Source: an uncultured Bacilli bacterium
Lineage (GTDB): Bacteria; Bacillota_I; Bacilli_A; RF39; UBA660
Assembly: GCA_910589375.1 (NCBI GenBank)
Contig: CAJUTK010000002.1
Location: forward strand, 3,133 to 67,132
Direction: 5' to 3'
DNA: 64,000 nt
Below are positions 45,557 through 55,743 of this stretch, piece after piece. The position numbers and the translations under genes are program-made. How positions within the stretch are numbered: the stretch's first letter is position 1; the number at the start of each line of letters is the position of its first letter. The notes under the pieces are model-generated. The model had not been told where the DNA came from, searched no databases, and saw only the letters and a program-made list of their open reading frames with translations.

Positions 45557-45692
45557 TTATTTAGATAAAGAAGTAATAATGGGGCAAAAGCTACACGATG
45601 ATTCAACGAAAGAAATTGTTCCACTAGAAGAAAGAGTAATTTTTAGAAAAGTAAAAGAGAAAGATTGTTAGTGTTTCAAGGAAGGAGGTAGC

Positions 45693-46829
45693 TTATGGAA
45701 TATAATGTTGTTATTATTGGTTGTGGACCAGCAGCTATGCTTCATGCTCTTTATTTAAAGAAGTATGGAATAGAAAATATTTGTATTATTAATAAAATAA
45801 TCATAGAGTTCATAAAACTTGTTCAGGCTATTTTACCCCAAAAACGGTTACACTTTTATCAGAATTAAATATTTCAGCAACACAGGATTTAGGATATCGT
45901 AAGGAAACCGATTTAGTTATTAATTATCATTATAAAGAGTGGCTCCATTTAAATGAAGAAGATATATTTACTTTCCTCCTTGTTCTAATAGAGAAGATTT
46001 AGACAATTATTTATATCAGCAAATAGTAAAAGAGGATATTAAAGTATTAGAAAATACAGAAGTGAAAGAAATAGATTTTGAAAAGAAAAAAGTAATATTA
46101 GAAAATGATATTATTTCTTACTGTTATTTAGTGTTAGCGGATGGCTTTGTAGGCATATCTTCTAAATATCAAAAGAAACCAAAAGATAAACAAATAGGTT
46201 TTGAAGTAAGGCTTACAAATTCTCAGAAATTAAATCAGAAAGCAGATCTTAATTTTGGCATAACGAGAAAGGGATATGCTTGGGTATTTACACAAGAAAA
46301 TTATACAACGATTGGTTTTACAGATTTATATGATAAAAATATTAAATATTTAGAGTTATTAAAAGAATTTGCTAGCAAAAAAGGTTATTCTATTGATACT
46401 AAAAATATAAAGGGGGCTTTCATTCCAAGAAGAGTAGAAAAGTTAAACTATCATAATGCTCTTCTTATTGGTGATGCAGCTGGATTAGTAGATTCTTTGA
46501 CACAAGAAGGAATCTATTATGCTTTAGTGTCTGCGAAAGAAGCAGTTTACGCTATTAAAGAAAATAATTTAACTTTGTATAAAAAGAATATGAAAACTGT
46601 TGTAAAAGAATTAAATGCTTCTAGGATAATTGCTAATATTTTTTATAATCCTTTTATCAGTAAAAGATTGTGGAAACCAAAGAAAAAGAAAACAAATAAT
46701 TCTTTTAGAATATATCTATTTAAAAAAGTATTAACAGGAAATGATTTTAGTTATCAAAAAATACATTCCTATTTAAAAGAATATAAGAAAAGTAGAAAGG
46801 AAAATGATAATGAATATAGAATTTATTAA
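45693..46829 (+). pseudogene. FAD-dependent oxidoreductase (geranylgeranyl-reductase family) disrupted by at least 2 frameshifts
   Basis: Frame A: MEYNVVIIGCGPAAM... (45693-45866). Frame B: ...HRVHKTCSGYFTPK... Frame C from ~45957 continues into the 46062..46829 ORF (GDAAGLVDSLTQEGIYYALVSAKEA). Good RBS ggaaggaggtag. Confidence 0.7.
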
Positions 46830-47670
46830 TGACGCTTATACTTCTGATGATATAAAGTTACCAATGGTACATTATTTTTCTTCTAATAAGGATGTCTGTG
46901 TTATTTGCATTCATGGAATGTGTGCTAATTTTGCTGACAATTATTTTGCTTCCGTTTGGGGAAAACATTTGAGTGAAAATGGTATTGGATTTATTTATGA
47001 ATACAATAGAGGTCATGATATTGAAAATGATTTAGTAAAAAGAGATGGAACATTTTTAAGATGTGGAACGATGTATGAAATATTTGAAGATTCTATTATG
47101 GATATTGATTTAGCTATTATGATTGCTAAAGAAAAGGGATATAAAAGAATCATTTTATTAGGTCATAGTTATGGGTGTAACAAAGTAATTTACTATTATT
47201 ATAAAAAAAGACCTGAATTATTAGGTATCATACTAGCAAGCGCTCCTGATATGGTTGGATCTCATATTACTAATCAACCTGATTATAAGGAATTATTAAA
47301 AGAAGCAAAAGAAAATATTGGTAGTGGGAATCCTACTAAGTTACTTTCTAAAATGGTTGAAGACTACATGTATATGAGCTCTGAAACTTATTATAATTGG
47401 TTTCATGAAAATTCTAATATAGATAACCTTCCTGTTATTGCTAATCCAAAATGTTGGATTCAATTTTCTAAGATTGATGTACCAATTCTTACTTTCTCTG
47501 GCTCTTTAGAAGAAGAACATTATTTACAGTTAGAACTTTTAAAAGAAAAAGCACTCAGTTGTAAAAGCTTTGAATATAAAATTATAGAAAATACAGGCCA
47601 CACTTACCGTAGCAAAGAATTAGAGATTGCTAATTTAATTAGTGATTGGGTAGAAGCATGTAAATCGTAG
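46810..47670 (+). CDS. Alpha/beta hydrolase
   Basis: GHSYG nucleophile elbow; Asp/His downstream. Confidence 0.6.
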   Translation: MNIEFINDAYTSDDIKLPMVHYFSSNKDVCVICIHGMCANFADNYFASVWGKHLSENGIGFIYEYNRGHDIENDLVKRDGTFLRCGTMYEIFEDSIMDIDLAIMIAKEKGYKRIILLGHSYGCNKVIYYYYKKRPELLGIILASAPDMVGSHITNQPDYKELLKEAKENIGSGNPTKLLSKMVEDYMYMSSETYYNWFHENSNIDNLPVIANPKCWIQFSKIDVPILTFSGSLEEEHYLQLELLKEKALSCKSFEYKIIENTGHTYRSKELEIANLISDWVEACKS

Positions 47671-47684
47671 AAGGGAAAAATAAG

Positions 47685-48038
47685 ATGAGAGAAAAATATG
47701 TTAAAAATTTAAATAAAGAATATACCTTTTCTAAAGATGGTTTTCATGTAACACTTCCGTCCATTCAAAATAATGATGTTAGTATTTGTTTTGTGGATAT
47801 AAATGGTGAGAGAACTAGTTACTGTATGTTAGATAGAAGTACAATATTTTATTACGTATTAGAAGGTTCAGGACAATTTGAGATAGGGAGTGATAAAGTA
47901 AAAGTTCAAAAAGATGACTTAGTTGAAATATTATCAGGCCAAAAATATAGTTATTTAGGAAATATGAAGTTGTTAGAGATACAATCTAATGGTTTTGATG
48001 AAAGTGAAGTTCACGAGTTTAAAAAAGAAATGAAATAG
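47685..48038 (+). CDS. Small cupin-like protein
   Basis: YVLEGSGQFEIGSDKVKV pattern. Confidence 0.3.
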   Translation: MREKYVKNLNKEYTFSKDGFHVTLPSIQNNDVSICFVDINGERTSYCMLDRSTIFYYVLEGSGQFEIGSDKVKVQKDDLVEILSGQKYSYLGNMKLLEIQSNGFDESEVHEFKKEMK

Positions 48039-48046
48039 GTGAAAAT

Positions 48047-49078
48047 ATGATTAGATTAGTACAAAAACAAGATATAGATGAGTTAGCGGTTATTTATAAA
48101 GAACTATATGATAATGCTGATATTGGTGAGAATTGGACAATAGAAAAAGCAAAAGAATTGTTACTATACTGGTATGATAAACAACCAGATTTGTTTTTTG
48201 TAGATATTGAAGATAATATACCAGTAGGAGCCATTGTTTCTGGAGTAAAAGCTTGGTTTGATGGACCACGTTTAATTGATACAGAGATATTTGTATCGGA
48301 TAAATGCCAGAAAAAGCATATTGGAAAAAGTCTAATGTTAGAACATTTAAAAGCAGCTAAAATAAAGTATAATGCTTACATGATTGAATTTCATACTTAT
48401 GGGGAAGAGAGCGAATTTCCACAAAACTGGTATAACAGAATTGGTTTTGAGAAGGATGAAGAATTAATTATTATGCATGCGAATATTGAAGAAGTATTAC
48501 AGAAACTAGGTTATTCTCCTAATAGTGAAAACGATGCAAATAAAACTGTATATCCATTTGAAAACTATAGCTATCAAGATTTAAGTAATCTATATTCTAA
48601 ACTAACAGTAGGTGATAAAGCTTATATATTTGATATGTTGCCAGATTATGCTTATTTGGATAATGAGTCAGAAAAAGAATATATAGAAAGTAGAATTACT
48701 GCTATGAAAAATGGAGCCGAAATTCATTTATTTATGATTGGTAGCAAAAAGAAATTAGCTGAGCTAAAAAAGAATTCTTTATTTCAATATGCTACTCAAA
48801 CATGTTTCCATAATAGTAAAATATATGTCCTAACGGAAGAAGAAATGAAGAGTCATTGTTTAGATGAATATTTCCAGTTAGCGCAAGGCTTATATTATGG
48901 AGAAAGAAATGGGTTTAAAGAAGCGTTTAGAGATTTATGGGTTAATAATGACAATATTGGAATTATGATAAGAGAAGCTTCTATATTAAAACATATTGAA
49001 GAATCTATTCAATCTATATTAGAAAAAATTTCTAGTGACGAAATGAAAGTAGATATTCTATCTGATAAAGAAATTTAG
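48047..49078 (+). CDS. GNAT-like N-terminal domain protein with C-terminal unknown domain
   Basis: HIGKSLMLEHL...RIGFEK. Confidence 0.35.
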   Translation: MIRLVQKQDIDELAVIYKELYDNADIGENWTIEKAKELLLYWYDKQPDLFFVDIEDNIPVGAIVSGVKAWFDGPRLIDTEIFVSDKCQKKHIGKSLMLEHLKAAKIKYNAYMIEFHTYGEESEFPQNWYNRIGFEKDEELIIMHANIEEVLQKLGYSPNSENDANKTVYPFENYSYQDLSNLYSKLTVGDKAYIFDMLPDYAYLDNESEKEYIESRITAMKNGAEIHLFMIGSKKKLAELKKNSLFQYATQTCFHNSKIYVLTEEEMKSHCLDEYFQLAQGLYYGERNGFKEAFRDLWVNNDNIGIMIREASILKHIEESIQSILEKISSDEMKVDILSDKEI

Positions 49079-49302
49079 AAGAAATAATAACAGTTACAGT
49101 AGAACTAAGAGAATTAAATACAGATATGGGGAAAGAAGACTATGAAATGTACCAAGATATTCTTCAAAAAGAATCAGGATCAACCAATTTATGCAAGCTA
49201 TTGCGTTAGATTTTTAAAATTAAAAAATTATGAAAGTTTCAAAAATATCGAAGATATGATACAATAATAAAGCAAATTATCATTAAAAAGGAAGTTCTAA
49301 TA

Positions 49303-49788
49303 ATGTGTAAATATGTTTGGATTAAAAATGAGGTGCCAATAAATTTAGAAGTTAAACAAGTATATGGTATAGTATTTTCAGAGGAAGGAAAAATCCTTTT
49401 ACGTGTAGATAATCATAAGTATAAATTAACTGGTGGGCATCCTGAAGAAAGAGATAATTGTTTCGAAGATACATTAAAAAGAGAATTTATAGAAGAATTA
49501 AATATAGAAATAAAGGATATTTGTTATTTAGGGTATTTATTAGTAGAAGAAGATAATGTTCAATATGCACAAATTAGAATGATAGCAAGAATAAAGAAAA
49601 TAAATGATATAAGGGCTGATATAGATAATGGCAAAATCTATCAAAGATATATGGCTAATCAGAATAATGTTAAAAACTATTTAGATTATAAAGATTTAGC
49701 AGGCAATCAAATGATAGATGATGCTATAAAGCTAGCTAATGAAAATTATTGCTTTTCTACTCCCAATGATAAAGAGTATTTTTTATAA
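49303..49788 (+). CDS. NUDIX hydrolase
   Basis: GGHPEERDNCFEDTLKREFIEELNI. Confidence 0.6.
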   Translation: MCKYVWIKNEVPINLEVKQVYGIVFSEEGKILLRVDNHKYKLTGGHPEERDNCFEDTLKREFIEELNIEIKDICYLGYLLVEEDNVQYAQIRMIARIKKINDIRADIDNGKIYQRYMANQNNVKNYLDYKDLAGNQMIDDAIKLANENYCFSTPNDKEYFL

Positions 49789-49806
49789 AAAGGAAAGAGG
49801 TACAAT

Positions 49807-50415
49807 ATGAAAAAAAAGACTATTATGATAGATATGGATGAAGTTATTGTTAGAGGGCGATTCTCAGAATTTATAGATGAATTTCTGATAGGTGCAGATT
49901 TCAAGCAATTAAATAGTTTTTATAGACAAGATTTAATTAAGGGAAGGGAAGAAGAATTTAGAGAAAGATATCAATATAGAAATTTATACAAAAATGATGA
50001 TGGTTCTTTTATTGAGCCATTACCTAATTGTGTAGAAGTTATAAGAAGATTAAATGAACTTTATGATGTTTATATTGTTACTTCCTATGTCTGGAAAGAA
50101 AGTGTGATTGATGCTGCTAGTAATTTAAAAAATAAGCATGAGTACTTAAAATATTTCTTTCCGTTTATGAATGAAAATAATTTTATTTATATAGCAGATA
50201 AAAGTAAAATTGCATTTGATATTGGTATAGATGATAGGCCAAATAACTTAGTCAGTTGTGGTACGAGACTATTATTCACTGAATTTAGAAATGAACATTT
50301 AACTGATGAGGAATTAGCAAGAAGTAATATCACTAGAGCGAATGATTGGTTAGAAATTGACCGAATGTTAAATGAAAATGAACTAGGACAGATGGGACAA
50401 AAAGTGATAGGTTAG
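49807..50415 (+). CDS. 5'(3')-deoxyribonucleotidase (HAD superfamily, NT5C-like)
   Basis: MIDMDEVIV DxDxV motif and ~200-aa size. Confidence 0.5.
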   Translation: MKKKTIMIDMDEVIVRGRFSEFIDEFLIGADFKQLNSFYRQDLIKGREEEFRERYQYRNLYKNDDGSFIEPLPNCVEVIRRLNELYDVYIVTSYVWKESVIDAASNLKNKHEYLKYFFPFMNENNFIYIADKSKIAFDIGIDDRPNNLVSCGTRLLFTEFRNEHLTDEELARSNITRANDWLEIDRMLNENELGQMGQKVIG

Positions 50416-50548
50416 TTAATATGAATTATCATAGTAGTTAAAGTTAAGGCTGTAGGGATAAAAAGTCAATCTTAATTAAAGCCTTGGATTATATTAATAA
50501 AAAATTAGATGTGTCTTAAATTGGTATGAGTAAAAGGAAGTGAATAAA

Positions 50549-51418
50549 ATGGAGAATCGACAAAATCAGGCAAATATAAACTGGTATCCAGGCCATATGG
50601 CAAAAACGAAAAGATTAATTACAGAAAATATCAATTTAATTGACGTTGTTTATGAAGTAGTGGATGCTAGAATGCCATATTCATCAAAAGTACGTGATAT
50701 TGATAATTATATTAAGAATAAACCAAGAATTATGATTATGACGAAGATGGATTTATGTGATAAAGAAGAGACTAAAAAATGGATTTCTTATTATGTGGAA
50801 AAAGGGTATCAAGTATATACTACTAATTTAGAAAAGGAGACCAATTTAAGTGGTCTTATCAAGCTAACAGAAGAGTTCATGAAAGAAGAAAATGAGAAAC
50901 GTATTCAAAAAGGAATGACCAAAAGAAAAACTCGTGTTTTAGTAGTGGGGGCTCCAAATGTAGGAAAGAGTACTTTGATTAATCGTTTGGTTAATAAAAA
51001 AGTCGCTAATGTAGGAAATAGACCAGGTGTTACTAAACAATTAAATTGGATACGTATTAGTGATTCTTTAGAGCTATTAGATAGCCCAGGAATTTTGTGG
51101 CCAAAATTAGAGGAACAAGATGTTGCTTATAATTTAGCATCTCTAACTTCTATTAAGGAAGAAATATTACCGATTGATGACGTAGTATTCTATATTTTAT
51201 CTACACTAGAAAGATATTATCCTGAGAAGTTAGAAAAAAGATATGGAATATCTAATGTAACCGAAGATACATTTGAAGATATCTTAGTTACAATTGGAAA
51301 TAAACGTGGATGTATCGTTAAGGGTGGCTGTGTAGATTATGATAAAGTGTATACAGTTATCATGAATGATATAAAAACAGGGCTTATTCCAGAAATCACT
51401 TTTGACAGAATAAAATAG
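50549..51418 (+). CDS. rbgA: Ribosome biogenesis GTPase A (YlqF/RbgA)
   Basis: WYPGHMAK; DARMP; circularly permuted GTPase; GAPNVGKSTLINRL. Start at ATG 50549 after the RBS aaaggaag. Confidence 0.85.
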   Translation: MENRQNQANINWYPGHMAKTKRLITENINLIDVVYEVVDARMPYSSKVRDIDNYIKNKPRIMIMTKMDLCDKEETKKWISYYVEKGYQVYTTNLEKETNLSGLIKLTEEFMKEENEKRIQKGMTKRKTRVLVVGAPNVGKSTLINRLVNKKVANVGNRPGVTKQLNWIRISDSLELLDSPGILWPKLEEQDVAYNLASLTSIKEEILPIDDVVFYILSTLERYYPEKLEKRYGISNVTEDTFEDILVTIGNKRGCIVKGGCVDYDKVYTVIMNDIKTGLIPEITFDRIK

Positions 51419-51503
51419 GTTATTTTTTAAATTTAGAGAAAGCAAGAAATTTTGTTTTCTTTTTTTCTGTGAAATGTTATAATTGAGGGGAAGTTGGTGA
51501 GAT

Positions 51504-51878
51504 ATGGATTATAAATACAGAAATGTTTTAGCACTTGCTTATGTTGGAGATAGTGTATATGAAATCTATATCCGAAAACATTTATTTTTACAAGGAATAG
51601 AAAAAGTAAATGATTTACAGAAAGAAGCAACTAATTATGTAAGTGCGAAAGGACAAGCTAGATATTTAAGAGAAATGATAAATCAACATTTTTTAACGGA
51701 AGAAGAATTACAATTAGTTACACGGGCAAGAAATCATAAAAGTCATGCTAGTCCTAAAAATACAGATGTAGCAACTTATCATGATGCAACTGGTTTAGAA
51801 GCATTAATTGGATATTTATTTTTAAGCAGTAATGACAAAAGAGTAGAAGAAATTATGAACTTTATTATAGGAGGTTAG
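51504..51878 (+). CDS. mrnC: Mini-ribonuclease 3
   Basis: LALAYVGDSVYEIYIRKHL. Confidence 0.8.
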   Translation: MDYKYRNVLALAYVGDSVYEIYIRKHLFLQGIEKVNDLQKEATNYVSAKGQARYLREMINQHFLTEEELQLVTRARNHKSHASPKNTDVATYHDATGLEALIGYLFLSSNDKRVEEIMNFIIGG

Positions 51879-51879
51879 A

Positions 51880-52248
51880 ATGAAGAAAATCATAATTATA
51901 TTTATGATATTATTTTTAGTAGGCTGTAAATCTGAGGAGGTAAAGTTCAAGATACCTTCTATTACTTCATCAGAAGTAAATAGGATGCTTACTAGCAATG
52001 AAGAATTTACATTAATAGATGTTCGTACGAAAGCAGAATACGAATCAGAACATATTAAAGATGCTATCAACATTCCAGTAGAGGAAATAGAATCTACTAC
52101 TTTAGATAAAGATACTAAAATAGTTGTTTATTGTCAGTCTGGAAATAGAAGTGCAAAGGCAGCCCAGATATTGATAGAAAATGGATATGGTAATGTCTAT
52201 GATTTAGGTGGTATTATTGGTTGGACATATGAAACGGAGAGAGAATAG
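51880..52248 (+). CDS. Rhodanese-domain lipoprotein
   Basis: Lipobox LVGC; active-site loop CQSGNRS. Confidence 0.7.
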   Translation: MKKIIIIFMILFLVGCKSEEVKFKIPSITSSEVNRMLTSNEEFTLIDVRTKAEYESEHIKDAINIPVEEIESTTLDKDTKIVVYCQSGNRSAKAAQILIENGYGNVYDLGGIIGWTYETERE

Positions 52249-52249
52249 G

Positions 52250-52948
52250 ATGTATGTATTTGGAAAAAATGTTGCTTATGATACTTTAATGGGTAAGACG
52301 ACTGTAAAAAAATGTTTTTTAGATAAAGATTTTAAAGATACTGAAATCATTAGTCTTTTAAAACAGAAAAGAATTAAAATAGATTATCTATTAAAAAGAG
52401 ATTTAGATAAAAAAGTAAATGGATTACATCAAGGAATTATTCTTGAAATAGAAGATTATAAATATGCATCTTTAGATTCTGTCTTAGAACTAGAAGAACC
52501 ACTGCTTGTAATTTTAGACCATATTGAAGATCCTCATAATTTTGGTGCTATTATCAGAACTTGTGAGGCTGCAGGAGTAGATGGAATTATTATACCAAAT
52601 GATAGAAGTGTAGAAGTAAATGGTACTGTTGTGAAAACGAGTGTTGGTACAACAGAAAAAGTTAAAATTGTAAGAGTAACCAATTTAGTAAATACTATAA
52701 AAGAACTAAAGAAGAAAGGCTTTTGGATTTTTGGAACAGATATGGAAGGTAGCGATTATACAACTTTAGATTATAGAGGAAAGACAGCTATCGTTTGTGG
52801 AAATGAAGGAAAAGGTATGAGTCGTTTAGTAGAAGAAAATTGTGATTTTATTGCGACTATTCCAATGCAGGGAACAGTTAATAGTTTAAATGCATCTGTT
52901 GCTACTGCTATTATTGTATTTGAGGCAGTAAAATCTAGAAGGGGGTAA
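52250..52948 (+). CDS. rlmB: 23S rRNA 2'-O-ribose methyltransferase RlmB (SpoU family)
   Basis: SpoU motifs ...GNEGKGMSR...; conserved position before sigH. Confidence 0.75.
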   Translation: MYVFGKNVAYDTLMGKTTVKKCFLDKDFKDTEIISLLKQKRIKIDYLLKRDLDKKVNGLHQGIILEIEDYKYASLDSVLELEEPLLVILDHIEDPHNFGAIIRTCEAAGVDGIIIPNDRSVEVNGTVVKTSVGTTEKVKIVRVTNLVNTIKELKKKGFWIFGTDMEGSDYTTLDYRGKTAIVCGNEGKGMSRLVEENCDFIATIPMQGTVNSLNASVATAIIVFEAVKSRRG

Positions 52949-52949
52949 T

Positions 52950-53564
52950 ATGGATTACCAAAATCTAAATGATTATGAACTAATTTCTTATGTTTATGAG
53001 AATGATGAAGAAGCGAGAAATATTTTGCTAAAAAAATATGAACCATTGATTTCTTCTATTGTTTCTCGTATGATGAAGTCTTGCCCCTATATAGGAGTAG
53101 ATAGAAGTGATTTGATGCAAGAAGGATTGATTGGATTAAATCATGCAATGGATTATTTTAATGATCAAAAGGATATTACTTTTTATACTTATGCAAAAAC
53201 GTGTATTGAAAGAAAGTTGATTAGCGCGATAGTAGCTTCTAAAAGATTAAAACATCGCCCTTTAAATGATTCTATTCCAATAGATAGTGAAGGTGAAGAT
53301 GCAGTGCCAGATCGCTTTTTAAAGGATAACAGTTTTAATCCAGAAGAAATTTTATTAGATGAAACAAAAACAGAATTCTTAATGAAAGAAATTAAAAAGA
53401 GTCTTACTGATTTTGAACTTCAAGTTTTTGAACTTATGATTTCTTCTTTTAACTATAGGGAGATAGCAGAAATATTAGATAAGGATAGAAAGCAGATTGA
53501 TAATGCTATTCAAAGAATTAAAATGAAAGTAAAAGAAAAATTAAAGGAAATAGAAGAAGACTAG
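52950..53564 (+). CDS. sigH: RNA polymerase sigma factor SigH-like (sigma-70 family)
   Basis: Regions 2 and 4 present; synteny mrnC-rlmB-sigH...secE-nusG. Confidence 0.6.
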   Translation: MDYQNLNDYELISYVYENDEEARNILLKKYEPLISSIVSRMMKSCPYIGVDRSDLMQEGLIGLNHAMDYFNDQKDITFYTYAKTCIERKLISAIVASKRLKHRPLNDSIPIDSEGEDAVPDRFLKDNSFNPEEILLDETKTEFLMKEIKKSLTDFELQVFELMISSFNYREIAEILDKDRKQIDNAIQRIKMKVKEKLKEIEED

Positions 53565-53626
53565 TTTCCTTTTTTCTTTCTTGCTTTCTTAAGGATATTC
53601 CTATATAATAGGGTTAGGTGATGGGG

Positions 53627-54382
53627 ATGAAGGCATTAGTAACAGGGGCATCTTCTGGAATAGGTGCAGATATAGCAGTAGAACTAGGAAATTTAGGATA
53701 CGATCTTATCTTAGTAGCACGTAGAAAAACAAAATTAGAAGCGGTAAAAAGAAGAATAAAAACCAATGTAGAAATTATTTCTATGGATTTAGGAAGTACT
53801 TTTAATTGCATGAAACTTTATGAAATGGTAAAAGAAGAGCCAATTGAAGTAATTGTTAATAATGCTGGTTTTGGTCTTGCAGGAGAGTTTGCAGAAACTA
53901 GTTTGGATAAAGAATTAGATATGGTTGATTTAAATATTAAAGCAGTTCATACTTTAACAAAGTGTTTTTTACAAAAATTTAGAGAAAGAAATAAAGGTTA
54001 TATTTTAAATGTAGCTTCTAGTGCCTCTTTTCAACCAGGACCTTTAATGGCGACTTATTATGGTACAAAAAGTTATGTCTATTTTTTAACGACTGCTATT
54101 TATGAAGAATTAAGAAGAGAAAATAGTAGTGTTTATGTTGGGTGTCTTTGCCCAGGCCCAGTAGATACAGAATTTAATAAAGTGGCAAAAGTGGAATTTA
54201 AACTTCCAAGCTTAAGTAGCGAATATGTTGCTCACTATGCAGTAGAGCAAATGTTTAAAAGAAAATTAGTAATTATTCCGGGTACTAAAATGAAGATAAC
54301 TCATTTCTTTAGTCATTTAGTGCCAAGAAAATTAAAATTAAAAATCACTTATAAAATTCAATATAGAAAGATTAGACAATAA
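53627..54382 (+). CDS. Short-chain dehydrogenase/reductase (SDR)
   Basis: TGASSGIG; NNAG; YxxxK (YYGTKSY). Confidence 0.8.
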   Translation: MKALVTGASSGIGADIAVELGNLGYDLILVARRKTKLEAVKRRIKTNVEIISMDLGSTFNCMKLYEMVKEEPIEVIVNNAGFGLAGEFAETSLDKELDMVDLNIKAVHTLTKCFLQKFRERNKGYILNVASSASFQPGPLMATYYGTKSYVYFLTTAIYEELRRENSSVYVGCLCPGPVDTEFNKVAKVEFKLPSLSSEYVAHYAVEQMFKRKLVIIPGTKMKITHFFSHLVPRKLKLKITYKIQYRKIRQ

Positions 54383-54383
54383 T

Positions 54384-55685
54384 ATGAATGAAGAAATTAA
54401 TAAAATAATAAAGAGAATGGAAGAAAATGGAAGTGCTTTTGAAAATCCTAATCAACTTGCTTCCTCTATGAGTGACATTGTATCTAAGGCAAGAACATTT
54501 GATGATGTTATGAATAGAGCGATAAGTGATATAAAAGAAGCGACTAAACATTTTTTAGATGGAAAAAACGACAACGATAACTCTTATATTAGTGGCTTAT
54601 CTACTTGTATTTATTTACCTACATTTGATAATTCGGGTGATTATAAATTTACTATTATAGGTGGTGCATCGGATTGGAAACATGAGATTCCAGTAAATGA
54701 GCATACAAAATTTGATGTAGCATCTATTACTAAAATGTTTACTCTATTATTGCTATTTAAATTAGAGGAACAAGGAATTATTTCTTTAGATGAAAAAGTT
54801 AGTAATTTAAATCCTGACATTCAAGGATTAGAAGATTTTACTATTAACGATTTAATAAGATTGCACGGTGAATTAAGAACGCAGGGAAATGTTGCAACGG
54901 CTCAGTCTGTAGAAGAAGCTTTCCAAATCTTAAAAACAGTATATTTAACGTCTAATGATAGAAGCAGAAATTTATATACTGATTTTGGCTCTATTGTGAT
55001 TGGTAATACTTTAGAGCATATTTTATCTAAGAGATTAGGTTATAAGATGACATTTGATTCTATTATGCATAAGTATTTGTTAGATCCTCTTCATTTAGAG
55101 AATACAGAATTTAATCCTACTTTCAATATCACCGGAAATGGTGGTGGAGATTTTGTTCATGACCCTAAAGCTAGAGCATTAGGAGGAGCAGTTGGCTCAG
55201 CTGGATTATTTACAACAAGTGAAGATTTAGCTATTTTATCTCGTAATATTTTTAGTGTGAATTATGTAAATACTTCCTTTTTTAGAAAAAAAGATATAGA
55301 GAAATTAGGGGAAATCACTTTCCCTTTAGCACCACAGAGTAATAAAGGAAATTTAGGACTTTATGTAAAGCATCCATTGGGACTACAAAAATCATTTACT
55401 CCAAATGAATTAGCAACAGGCAGTTTTTCTCATCAAGGTTGGACTGGCTCTGTTGCGGTATTTGATCCAAAGCAATCCATTCATCAAAGCTTTTTAGTAA
55501 ATGCTATTTATCCAAAGGATAGTGGCATAGAACTTCGAAATGATAAAGCGGTTGGTTTTGGTGCTGCTTTTGAAGAATACCAAAGAAAAATAACAGAAAC
55601 TACTATTACTTTATATATTGCACGAGAATATTATAAGAGATATGGTAATCAAATAGATGTAAATAAAACTATTATTTTAAAATAA
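54384..55685 (+). CDS. Serine hydrolase (beta-lactamase/transpeptidase-like)
   Basis: SITK (SxxK) motif and ~430-aa size. Confidence 0.55.
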   Translation: MNEEINKIIKRMEENGSAFENPNQLASSMSDIVSKARTFDDVMNRAISDIKEATKHFLDGKNDNDNSYISGLSTCIYLPTFDNSGDYKFTIIGGASDWKHEIPVNEHTKFDVASITKMFTLLLLFKLEEQGIISLDEKVSNLNPDIQGLEDFTINDLIRLHGELRTQGNVATAQSVEEAFQILKTVYLTSNDRSRNLYTDFGSIVIGNTLEHILSKRLGYKMTFDSIMHKYLLDPLHLENTEFNPTFNITGNGGGDFVHDPKARALGGAVGSAGLFTTSEDLAILSRNIFSVNYVNTSFFRKKDIEKLGEITFPLAPQSNKGNLGLYVKHPLGLQKSFTPNELATGSFSHQGWTGSVAVFDPKQSIHQSFLVNAIYPKDSGIELRNDKAVGFGAAFEEYQRKITETTITLYIAREYYKRYGNQIDVNKTIILK

Positions 55686-55743
55686 AGTCAATGTTTTGAC
55701 TTTTTTTCTTTTTTCTTATATGATACTTCCTTGAGGCGATTTT

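Noticed and set aside
45582-45674. 30-aa ORF MGQKLHDDSTKEIVPLEERVIFRKVKEKDC between the UDG-like gene and the GGR pseudogene
   Set aside because: Weak RBS and no motif. Possibly a remnant or leader; too little evidence.
49135-49218. 27-aa ORF MGKEDYEMYQDILQKESGSTNLCKLLR in the 224-nt gap before the NUDIX gene
   Set aside because: No RBS; likely a gene remnant or chance ORF.
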